A stretch of 64,000 nucleotides of DNA, taken from positions 19,840,001-19,904,000 of the forward strand of contig OZ024744.1 of the NCBI GenBank assembly GCA_964016885.1, read 5' to 3'. The DNA is from Eledone cirrhosa (lineage: Eukaryota). The translations under genes were made by a program, and so were the position numbers. Below, piece by piece: positions 44,182 through 56,540 of the stretch. Under the pieces are notes generated by a model. It did no database searches and had not been told where the DNA came from. It saw only the letters and a list, made by a program, of their open reading frames with translations. The stretch's first letter is position 1. Each line of letters starts with the position of its first letter.

Positions 44182-47100
44182 GGTTTCTTTATTTGCCACT
44201 AGGGCACAAAAGGTAGGGACAGATACAAGGGGGGAAGTTAAACATATAATTAACGAGTACAAAAATATAACAATGAAATAACAACAACAAACGAAGTCCT
44301 CAATAGGGAGGGGGCATTAACATGGGTCGCACACACCCCGGAAAAAATGTGCAACCCTTCTCCTCAGGAGCACAAAGAGTAGGTGCTTCCCTCGTCTCCT
44401 CTTTTTCCTCTTCTTTCACCTACAGGCTGATATAGAGAGAAGACCCATTCACTCTGGCCATTCTCCCTACTTTCACCCACCTTTCATAAAACTTGCTGGG
44501 GTAGAGCACCTCTCTCTCCATTCTGATCCTTCTTTTAATATGGTATTTGAAAAAGGGGACCAGTTGTTGGCCGGAGAGAAAGGTGTCTGACCTCAGCCCT
44601 TTCAGCCTCGTCCACCATACAACTTCTTTAGCCATGGCTATCACACAGAGAAAAACCGCCTCTCCTTCGTTTTTGAAAGGGGGGGGGGGCGGTTTGATCG
44701 TGACAATGGACTCGGTGGTCAACCGGATTGGTCCCACCCTCGACAGTAGTCGTTCCACATAGCCCCACAGGTCAGCAATGCCTGGGCAGTGTACGAATGC
44801 GTGCGCAACGGTTTCGTCATCATGCACGCATCTCGGACAGATCTTATTCAAAGGATCTCTACCCAGGCTCCCATGCCTGTGGAGCTTGTCTCGGACTAGT
44901 AGAGCCCCTCGGTAGCACTGCCAAGCCAGGGACTTTTGGAAGTTGTCCATCGGTCCAGGGCCAAACGTCCTACCGAACAGACTGGCCAGTTCATCTTCCT
45001 CCATGCCTAGAGCTTCTCCGAGAGCATCGTCGCACCTGCTGCGTACCAACCCTCTATAGAATGTCGAGGTGGAGTCACCACTGATTGCCGGGTCCGCTTT
45101 CCAGAGGGCCGTGAGTGCCTGGGCACATTCAATGTGCCAGTCGCCCACTTTTCTCGGTCTTTGCTTGACCCAGGATTGCAGCTCGGTGAGCGAGACGAGT
45201 CTGGGAAAGGCTCGCCTCACAAACGGGGCCCACACCGGTTGACCGGTGAGGAATACCTGGAGGTGCCGTAGCCTTAATGCGTGTTTACGCATCTGTAGCC
45301 ACGGCATCCCCAGCCCTCCTTTCGAAGGGTGTTGTCAGCAGATGGATCTCCTCACCAAAGGGGTCCGCTTGTTCCAAAGAAATTGGAACAGCGCGCACTC
45401 CATTTTGGCGAGTCTTTTCACTGGGCAAGGCACGACGGTCAAGCGGTAGTAGATGACGGATGCTATATAAGTATTCTCCACCTCCGCTCGACCTTTCAGG
45501 GATAGTTTGCACTGGGCCCACTTCTGGGTGAGTGCAAACACCCTGGCCGTTACCTCGTTCCAGTTTTTCTCCACCTGGAGGTCTGGTCCGAACCAGACCC
45601 CAAGCAGCTTCACCGGGCCCTCCGTCCAGCGTCCGACGACGTCGTTGGAGGGCATCGGTTTGCCTCTCCATGTTCCGAGTTGTAAACCGACGGACTTGTC
45701 CCGGTTCAGCTTGGCTCCTGTAAACCTTTCATATTCCTCCAGTAAGGTGCCGATCTCACCGATTTGCGAGGTTTTCGACACCATTACTGTCACGTCATCG
45801 GCATAGGCCGACGCCGCTTTCTGCAATCCCGGTTCCAAAGGGATGCCCTGCAACCGCTCCAACTTCCGCAGTAGTGGCTCAAGAGCCAGCACATACAGTA
45901 GGGAGGAGAGAGTGCATCCCTGTCGGATGGATCGCATGATTTGGAACGGCTCCGAGAGGTGGCCGTTCACCTTGACCCTTGAGCAAACGTTGCTGCTGTG
46001 CATCGCAGCAATCCAACCCCTGAAAACGGGTCCGAAGCCTGCCGCCGCGAGCACCGCATCCATGTAACGATGGTCAACCCTATCGAAAGCTTTAGATTGA
46101 TCCAAGTTGATCAGGGCCATACCAAAGCCGGGTTCATTCCCTACCCTCTCTATGATGTATCGCATAAGGTGGAGATTGTCGTGAATGGACCTGGACGGGA
46201 TTGCGCATGTCTGCGCTTCTCCCACCAGGTTTCCAACGACAAGCGCCAACCTCTTCGCTAACACCTTGGCCAAAATCTTTAACTCTGTATTTAGCAGAGT
46301 TATGGGCCTGAAGTTACTTATGTCATCCCCCTTGTTCTCAACTTCCTCACCAGCGTAACTACGCCCTTGGTCACAGAACTGGGAATTCTCCCGTTCTGCT
46401 GCCAGTTGCACTAGACCGCTTCGAGGATATCGGAGAACAAGTCCGGCATCGCTACATATAGCTCGTATGGTAGACCATCGAGACCCGGGGATTTGCGTTT
46501 GCCGCATTGGCTCAGCGCCGCCCCTATCTCAGCAGCTGAAATCGTCCTTTCGCAGGACTTCGCCTCCGCGTCCGAGAGGCGCGGCAGACCGTCGAGGTAT
46601 GGATTAAAATCCATAGTCTCACCCGGCGCGCCGCCCCTCTCGAACAGTCGTGCAAAGTGCCGCTGAAAAGCCGCACACATCTGCCCAGGTTCAAGGATCA
46701 CACGCCCATCCTGGTCCTTCAAAGACCGAATCGTGGACTTGTTCCCACTTTTTGCCTCTGTCACTCGGGCCCAGCTCACAGCTTTGGCTCCCTCATTACC
46801 CAGAGCACGTATTTTACTCCTGACAACGCAGCCTTCATGCTTCACCTCAAAGAACTGGTCTAAGGCCATTCTTGATGCCAGCACGCCGGCTACATTGCCA
46901 CTCCTAATCGCCTCTTCGACTCTATCTACTAATTCGCTTTCCGTCTTGTTCCTATCCCTTGCTAATTCCTGACTAAAACCTATCGATTCTATTCTAATTG
47001 CTCTCTTAAGAGAGCTCCACCACCTGTTGTTGACAATTGCCCCTGACAAACTCTGCTTAACTAACGTTCTAATCCGTTTACTGTAAGCTTTGCTTCTCGG

Positions 47101-49806
47101 TAAGGACAAGTTCAGCTTCCAGTAACCGGGTCCCTGTCTATGGGTTCTATCAAGGTTGGCTATGCAGGTCACTAACTTGTGATCCGAATAGTCAACCATG
47201 AACATTTTGGGACAGCTAAATGTGTCCCTATCCTTCTCTCTAACTAGGACCCTATCTAGGTACGACCTAGATGTTCCACTACGATTGGTCCACGTCCATA
47301 GTGGAAAATCTAGTCGATATCTATCGGCCAGGTCAAATCGGCCGATTAACCTTTTGAGGCTTTTACACCCCCCTCTATTGGCACATGCCCCTACATAGTC
47401 CCAACGTGCATCCAGGATACCATTCCAGTCCCCCACTAAAAGCAAGGAGCGGAAAGTTCCCAGAAAAGTTTCCAGACGTTGGAAGTATTCCGGCCGCGCT
47501 GCCCAAAAAGGGGCGTACACAGCTATTAGTCTAAGGGCTCCACTTTCACTACTGCCGACGTCTAAAACCACCAGTCGACCCTCCGGGTCCAGGTGCACCT
47601 TCTGTATGGCGAGGCCCAGGTGTTTTCGCAGCAGAACTACAACTCCACCCCCACCCCCCGGTTGACAGAGAGATGCGAAGATCTCAAAGTCGTCGAAGAG
47701 GGGCACCAGTTGGTGCTCGCTGCTGATCCTGGACTCGCAAATAGCCATTACATCCATTCTATGCGACCTGAGATCGTTTAAAAGTTTGCCTTGTTTCCCA
47801 GACTGTCCCAGGCCACGTACATTCAGACACCCAACTCTTATATCAGCCATGTTGGTTAAAAGAGGAAGGACCTACCTGTTCGGCTCCTGAGGAGCAGGTT
47901 GCACAATATCCATGGGCGTATTGGAGGGGTTGTTTGGTGGGGTGTTGTTCTGTGGTGGAGTGGGGGTGTTTGGTGAGGTGTGGGTGGGGAAACGTTTCAA
48001 GAGGACGCGGTTATAGGGTCGAGTACATGTTTTCCCCACGTCCTCAGGAAAGTTCTCTCTTAGTTTTGCATAGGTGTCCATTGGGAGTCTTATCATTTTT
48101 AAATGCGGTTTGTTGGCCGCGCTTGCAAAGAATTGCCCTTCAGTTTCCACCGAAGGGTCTTTGTGTATTGTTTTTACTAGTTCTTTGTTATTTGTGTTAA
48201 TGTATGTATACTGTTTTATTTGTGTTGTGTTTGTTTGTTGTTCTTGTGTGTGCTTACGTTTTGTTGTATGTGTTATGTTTTGGGGTGGGGAGGATTTTGT
48301 TTGTTCTGTTTGTTTTGTTTTTGTTGGTGGTTGTGTGTTTGTTTCGTTTATGTTCGAGTGGTGCTTTCTTTTTTTCCTTTTTACAGGCTGGAAGGGTTCC
48401 CCCTCTTCGTCACTAGGTGCCGTTTCCGCTGGGTCCTCGTCCGTGCTGTCGGGTTGTGGTGTATATTGGGGTTTTGTTGTATTTGTGTGTGTTTTGGGAG
48501 TTGTTTTGGGTGGGGCCGTGTCTTGTGTTATTTTTCCGTGTTGTTTTTGTTGTTGTTGTGGTGGTGGTGGTGGTGGTGGTGGTGGTGGTGTGTGGGGTGT
48601 AGGCAAAAGAGCCTTTTTTTTGTCAATTGAGGACAAGCAGCCCTTAGATGACCCCTGCTTGAACAGTAATAACATATGGGCCTCCTACCCTCGGCTGAAA
48701 TATATATAAATGTTTCTCCATCGAGGGACACCCTCTGTGGTATTCTAGCTATTCGTTCTGGTCTCATTTGGACCAGAACCTCCACGCTCAAACCGCCGAA
48801 AACGTCTGTGGTGACTTCTCCTACTGAAAGGATTCCGTCCTCGTCTTCTAAAAATCCTGTTAGTACCCAGGAAATGCATGCATTTGGCCGGATTCCGGAA
48901 ACCCTTATCTTCTGCGTTCTTTTCCCTAAATATGTGGGGAAAAATTTGTGTAGCTTGGAAACAATTGGCGCCACAGAGTATTTCTTGGCCGTCAATTGAT
49001 CCTTCATTAGGACCGTTATATTCCCATAGAGTGGCCCTTTTTGTATGAACGATATATCACTCCACACATTTTTTAGGACCAGCTCAATCTCTTTTTGGGA
49101 TAATTGAGTTGGTTTCCTTGTTGTGTTGGAAATTGTTCTGAAAGATATCGTTCTTAGCGTCGTGTCTCTTTTGATTTCTTGTGGGGAGGTGATTGTGAAG
49201 TCTCCTCCTTCTTTGAAAGTTACATACTGTTTCGCTTCCTTCATCCTTTTCTCTCAGAGTTGTAATGTCCAGTTGCTTGCAGGTTTGTGTTTTCCGGACC
49301 GCCTGTGCAAAGGAGGCACCAGTAGTGGGTTCGCTTTGTTTGGTGTTATCGTTATTTTTTTCCTTGGTTGGTGTTGCGACTATTGCTGTTATTGTCGTTG
49401 TTGTTTTTGTCTGCGTTTATGTGACTTTCTGGGTTTTCACCCATTTTTACAAATTTTTCTTTTAATTCCGTGTTCCATGTTTCTTTTGCAGAAGTCAGGA
49501 GGGAAGACTTAGAGCCTTGTGCTTCTAGCTTCTCTGTATCACCTTTCTTAGGGGGCGTGGCTTTCACGTTAGGATGAGATGTGAAAATTCCGTCCATTTC
49601 TATTAGTTTGCCGTAATAAGTTTTTAACTGGAAAATTCGCCCCAAAAAGGGGCGAAAATAAATAAACTCAAAGTTTGACGACCAAGGCAAGGGGTTAACG
49701 TATATTACAGTATAAAAAATTAATCAAAACTCACTTTTGAGTAAGTAAATCCGACTCGGTAGCCGAGCTTGTTCACACACGTCAACACACGTCTCTCGTA
49801 TACGAG
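44182..49806 (-). mobile_element. Tx1/L1-clade retrotransposon copy 3 (distinct family, full length, frameshifted)
   Basis: ORF1 pieces ~49597-47872 with CYYCSSRGHLRAAC. ORF2 pieces 47850-44420 (CLNVRG, GDWN, YLDRV, SDH, DQSKAFDRV, AYADD, CPRC..H...C). 3' end AATAAAGAAACC. Confidence 0.92.
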
Positions 49807-49992
49807 ATGTTATGTGAGATATTATGTGAGGTAAAGCCTTTACTGTGAAAATACAATAGTATATATAGAGTAATGTAAATGTTATGTAAGATATTATGTG
49901 AGGTAAAGCCTTTACTGTGAAAATACAATAGTATATATAGAGTAATGTAAATGTTAAAGGGTTAAGTCGGAGTCACCAGTTTTCAGACATAC

Positions 49993-50411
49993 GGAAAATA
50001 CATGATAACGGGAAAAATGAATGAAAATGTAATAACCATTTCAATAACTATTAAACTCCTGGACAAACTACAGATATTGTTTGTTTCGCCGAAAATTAGT
50101 GTCCTTTGAAGTTGAGTGGCTTTAGGCTGCCTTTTCTTGCCATTTTACGATCTACTCATACAACTATGTCACACAAGGTTTTACTTGTTCTTTTACTATA
50201 TACACCATGTGAAAATATTTAGTTACCTAAATTATATCTAGGTGTGCTGTTCGGATAACCCTTACTCCTGTACAGAAACCCTAGGATTATGCGACACAGC
50301 CACTATTTTTATGGCGAAACAAATTCTATCTGTAGTGTGTCCAGGAGTTTAATAGTTATTGAAATGGTTAGTACATCTTAATTCATTGTTTCCTGTTATT
50401 ATGTATTTTCC
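49993..50411. mobile_element. MITE-like element with ~100-bp imperfect terminal inverted repeats
   Basis: TAACCATTTCAATAACTATTAAACTCCTGGACA (~50033-50065) pairs with TGTCCAGGAGTTTAATAGTTATTGAAATGGTTA (~50338-50370); pairing extends imperfectly in both directions. Confidence 0.8.
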
Positions 50412-50566
50412 TTTTGTTCATAGATTTTATCCATTGCCCCAAAGTGGCTTCTGAATCACGTAATTCAAAACACACTTCTTTGTGTGTTTATTTCTATATA
50501 TTATATTATATTGTATCATATTATATTATATTTTATATATATATATATGTATACACATATATGTAT

Positions 50567-51427
50567 AGTTTAAGATGGTGGTATGGCCGCGACAAGAAAA
50601 GAAAAGAAATCCTTCATCAGCTGTAAAACCGAGATCAAGATGTTTCGGCGCTTAATACAGGACATCTAAAAGCGATCAGCGGTGAGCCCAAGGCCTTTTC
50701 TCAATCAAAAGGCCAGAAGGGAAGGAAAAAGAAAAAAAGGGGGAAAGGTAGTGAGGAGAGACGAATAAAGAGAAAAAAACAGGTAGACATACCAGGTAGA
50801 GGGGGGACACAGGACAATGGAACATGGAAGTGAGTAACCGAGGAAAAAATTGGATAGAATAAGTTATAGCGTACCGATTAGACGTATGTCTGGGGGTTGC
50901 GATAACGGGATCCCAATGTTACCGTGTCAACTCAATCGGAGGGGAGAGAGAGAGGGGGCGAGAGAGAGAGTGAGAGAGAAGGAGCAACCTGCAGTGAGAG
51001 GGAAAAGGGAAAGGGAGATAATCCAAAAGAGTTTTACGACAGTTGTAAAAGTGTCGTAAACGATCGAAACCAGAGGAGTTTTACATGTGTGAAGTATGTC
51101 GTAAACGATCGAAAACGAACAGATGGATAGAGATAGAGATGGATAGAGAGAGAGTAGGGGAGAGAGACAGAGAGAGAGAGAACGAGAGAGAGGAAAAAGG
51201 GAAGAGAGAGAAGGGGAGAGTCAATATGAAAGCCTGGTGGGTTCACAGATCGAGCAAAACAGGTAGGGGGGGGGGGGTCACAGCGGTAAATACAAAATTA
51301 TAAGAAACGAAAGGAGCTGTGTGGTTACTGTAAACAAAGTTTAAGATGGTAGTATGCACGAAAGAAGAGAAGAAAATAAATCCTTCATCAGCTGTAAAAC
51401 CGAGCTCAAGATGTTTCGGCGCTTAAT
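50567..51427 (-). mobile_element. Non-coding element with ~90-bp direct terminal repeats (pLTR-like), between TA-rich tracts
   Basis: GTTTAAGATGGT..TCCTTCATCAGCTGTAAAACCGAG(A/C)TCAAGATGTTTCGGCGCTTAATA at 50568-50657 and 51339-51427. Confidence 0.65.
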
Positions 51428-51705
51428 ATATATATATATATATGGGAGCCGGGTGGAGTCGTCGAGAGGTCGAGAAGAAACTGCGAACCAGGAGGTCACG
51501 GAGGTTACGGGCGCGCTTAAAAGCAGTAATGGGTGGGTTTGGAAGAAAGCGAGAAGTGACGGGGTCAGCAGTGAGGATGCGGAAGGGACGGAGGATATAT
51601 GAATCAAAACAAATGAGATATTTCTAGAATTTTGTGCGTCTCAATAAGCAAGCTTAATAGACTTTATCTAGAGCCATAATAACCAAATAAAGATATATAT
51701 ATATG

Positions 51706-52696
<991 letters not shown>

Positions 52697-52697
<1 letters not shown>

Positions 52698-55600
52698 ATA
52701 ATAATAATACTATTTGTATTGTTATACTTTGGGAGGGTCATGTTGCCAATAAGAAACACACGCACCATGCTTTCACTTCAATTTATTATTATAAAAAATT
52801 TATAATAAATTTATAAATTTATAAATTTATAAATTTCTGGTTGGTTGGTTGGTTCCACAACCAGATAGTTGTTTATATATTGTCATAGTTCTTTCGTCAC
52901 ACACTCTGTGACCTCTTCAGTGAATGGGGATTCCTTTCTTTGTTTCTGTGCCTCTCCTTTGTTCTGTCCTACGCCATTTTGTTTCTGTGTGTGTGTTGTG
53001 TGCTCAGTCTGCGCATGCGCCACATCCGGGTGTCTGTGTGTGTTTATGTTCATTTATTTATTTGTTTATTTACATGTTACTGGTTGGTTGTTTGTTCTAT
53101 GTGTGTGTGTGTTTTCATTTTGTCCATAATTGTAAGTTGTGATGTTGCTGTTCCACTCATATTTTCTATTTAATTTTGGTTGTAATTCTTTTATGTTTAT
53201 TGCCTCTGTAATTTGTCTAAACATTGCGTCTTTTCTGTGTGTAGATTCTATTTTTATTTCTATGTTCTCTAATTTACCCTTGTGTTCTATTTTAGCATGT
53301 TGGTAGAGTACAGATGATTCTTTACTATCTTGAAGGTCTCGCCAGTGTTCATTTATCTGTTCCCCTACACTACGAGCTGTCTCACCTATGTACACTATAT
53401 TTTTGTCTCTACATTGTCCTTCAGTACATCTTATGCTATACACTACATTTCTAGTTTTACAGTTAATATGGGGGCTTATTTTACAGGTTATACATTTCTT
53501 GTCTATACAGGAGGGTCTTTGAAAAGGGTATGTCTTGCTAGAGAACTGCATACGGTGGATGAAGTGGTGTATGTGTCTCTCTAGTTCTTCGGGGTTGCAC
53601 ATGCGGGACACGTTTCTCATCACCCGTACCAAATCCGCAATCAGTATTTGATTTTGGTATGGTCCGAAACGGCCGAGTTTTGGTGGATCAGATGTTTGGA
53701 AGTCATGGGTTTGGCATAATGGGAATGGAGGATTTGTTTTTTGTTATTAATGGTATTTAACCAGAGCTCTGTGTCTACTACAGGTAATCGATGGTTGGGG
53801 TGTTTACTTGGGTAGTCTATAGTAACTCTAATGCTCTGGTGGATGGAGTTAGCTATTTGCTGGATGCTTTCCATTGTGTTTTTCTCTAGTTCCTGACTGT
53901 TATCTAGTGGGGGTGTCTTAACTACGATGTTTATATCATCAACGTAGCGGGAGTACATTATCAGGGTCAAGGGGTCTTCTAATTGTTCTTTAAGCTTAAG
54001 TTTAAGTCTACTGTCCCACCATACCATGAATAAGTTAGCTATGTCACCTGCAATGCTAACACCAATGGCTGCTCCTTCCTCTTGGGCATATGTTATTCCA
54101 TTAAATTTGAACATATGTTCCTTAAGGGTTAGTTTTATGCTGGCCCCTACCGCATGTGCAATCATTTTCTTCAGTTCATCGTGGTTTTCGGGTGTCCGTA
54201 TGGCTCTGGTCCACCCGTTCCATCTATCTGTGTGGGTTTTCTTGGCCATTGAGGTAATGGTAGGTGGTCTGCCTCTTGCTGGTCTTGTAGGGCACAGGTT
54301 GTTCAGGTCATATGTGTCTAGGTAATTATTACTGTAGGTAAGTTTAAGTAGGAGTCCCAGCTCACTGGTATCAATCCCACGGAACTCAACATTGCTCTCA
54401 CTGATCATTTCTACGCATTTCTCCACAGCAAAATCCACGTCAATAGATGGATACAGGGACACAACATCCATACTACCTATTATGCAGTTTGTTAGGTCCC
54501 TAGATCGGTTACTCACGCCGATTCTGCTGAGTAGGTCCTCCGTGCTGTCACATACATCTGGGGACATTTCGATGATGGGGCGTATGATCAGGGAGAGGAA
54601 GTAGGACAGTCTGTAGTTACTAGCAATGTTAGCTCCACAGACTGGCCGTGTTGTTGGTCCCGCGACAGGGTCACAGCCGGTTTTATGGTCTTTTCGAAGC
54701 CCATACAACGCCGGAACGTCATTGTTCCAGGCCTGGAAGTTGTTGGCAGTCCTTTTGTTGGGCTGCATTATATTCGTCCACATCACCATATGGGCATTGA
54801 GGGCTTTTTCTATATCCTCATGCACCTGTGGTGTTACCTCTCTTGTGTTAGTGATGTGGGTTTACATTGCCTGGATGTAGTTTGGCAGGCTGTCAACCGA
54901 CATTCTGCCAGACTTGTCTGTTGGAAAGCATGCTACCTCTCAATTACGCGAGCGCTGCATCAGCTTACGCAAGCCATTTGCAGATTTTTCATCCCAGTTT
55001 CTGGGCCTCCATTCTATTATGCTTCTTGCTATACTGTTCTATAATATTTCTAAGTTCGGATCTAGCTATACTAAATTGTGCTTCTGTTTGTTCATCGACC
55101 TGCGACGGCAATTGCGTGCGTTTGTTAAATGGTAAAGTCGTGGCGTGGACTCGTCGCAGGTCGAACGATTTATCGGAGGGATTATAAAAACTAGAGTTCC
55201 AGGCTGCTTCTTTATGTGTACTCGTGCTATTGTTATTGTTAGTTGTGTTGTTTCTATTTCTATTTCCACCAACAGCCTTATGTCTCTCATAATTACTCCT
55301 GTCTCTTTCCACTGGCTCATTGTTGTTATCTACCCTATTTTGTGTGTCTGTGTGTTCGTCTTGGTTATTTTCTTTGTCCTTAGTCTCCCTTCTCCTTTTA
55401 ATCCTGTTACTTTCCTTTATTTCTGTGATTTCTGTGCTACTGTCATTACTTGTTCTCTGTGTCTGTGTGTTTGTTAAGATTGTGGTGGTGGTGAGAGGCA
55501 TTGAATGTGTGCTGTTGTTGATGTGTGTTGTTGTTGTCTCCGTGTGTGTTATTATTGTTGTGTGTGTTGTTATTGTTGTTTGTGTCTGCGTGTCTATTGT

Positions 55601-56540
55601 TGTTGTTTCTGGGTATGTTATTATTGTTGTTGTTGTTGGTGTGTGTTGTTGTTATTGTTGTTTGTGTCTGTGTGTCTGTTGTTGTTGGGATGTGTGTTGT
55701 ATATGTGTGTGCGTATATTGTTGCTTTAGTTTTTGTTTTTGTTTTTGAGGCTCCAGCGTAGTTTTGTAAATGATTTTTCTATTTCTGACAGACAACTAAT
55801 CATATTTACCTTCTTGAATGTCGCATACTTAGGTGGAAGTTGTAATGCAGATAATTCATCATTATCTATCCTTGTGTTGACATATATATTTGTGTTGTTG
55901 TTGTTGTTGAACTCATCTGTTAATGAGGTGTCGGCCATATTTATACCGTCAATTTTGTCGGGATTTCTATTGGTATTCTCTATAGTATCCTGATTTAGCT
56001 TTATCTGCTTAAGCCACTTTAGTTTCTTGTTAAAGTGCTTATCACATTCTTGAGTAATGTACTGTTCTTCAGGACGTATAAGGCTTATAAATATTAGTTT
56101 CTCTCTTGGTGTGGTGATCCTAGCTATTTCTTGTATTAGGTTACGCTTATGTTTTTCTTGATGACTTAATTCTCTATAGATCTTCTTTTTATGTTTAGAA
56201 TTAGTGTTCGTTTTAGCCTATCTGCTTGTTTTTTGGTGAGTTGTAATCTTCTTACGTCGGTGCACAACACACACACAGAAACAAAATGGCGTAGGACAGA
56301 ACAAAGGAGAGGCACAGAAACAAAGAAAGGAATCCCCAGTCACTGAAGAGGTCACATAGTGTGTGACGAAAGAACTATGACAATATATAAACAACTATCT
56401 GGTTGTGGAACCAACCAACCAACCAGAAATTTATAAATTTATAAATTTATTATAAATTTATTATAATAATAAATTGAAGTGAAAGCAACTGGTGCGTGTG
56501 TTTCTTATTGGCAACATGACCCTCCCAAAGTATAACAATA
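52697..56540 (-). mobile_element. Penelope-like element (RT + Cys linker + C-terminal GIY-YIG), disrupted, with ~280-bp inverted pseudo-LTRs
   Basis: LYGLRKDHK, TRPVCGA, SMDVVSLYPSID, EGAAIGVSIAG, YSRYVDDI; CIDKKCITC..CKTRNVVYSIRC..YIGETAR..EAINI. Inverted repeats 52717-53000 and 56263-56540. Confidence 0.9.
56339..56381 (+). ncRNA. Minimal hammerhead ribozyme in inverted pLTR (mirror copy at 52882-52923, minus strand)
   Basis: GTCA-CTGAAGA-G-GTCACA..TGTGAC-GAAA-GAAC-TA-TGAC; predicted cleavage after CTA (56377). Confidence 0.8.

Larger units (their letters stand above)
43850..49965. mobile_element. piggyBac-like non-autonomous element (TTAA ends) carrying a minisatellite and interrupted by Tx1 copy 3
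   Basis: Left TTAA-ACCTTTAGC (43850), right GTTAAAGGG-TTAA (49965): imperfect short TIRs with TTAA ends. Confidence 0.55.

Noticed and set aside
51380-51427. Type II hammerhead (GAAAC…CTGATGA order on the minus strand)
   Set aside because: Stems I-III and a valid NUH site could not be paired convincingly.
53066-56250. Selenocysteine-type (Naiad-like) PLE
   Set aside because: The endonuclease is C-terminal, and the interruptions look like ordinary frameshifts and stops; I found no in-frame TGA at Cys positions or SECIS I can support.
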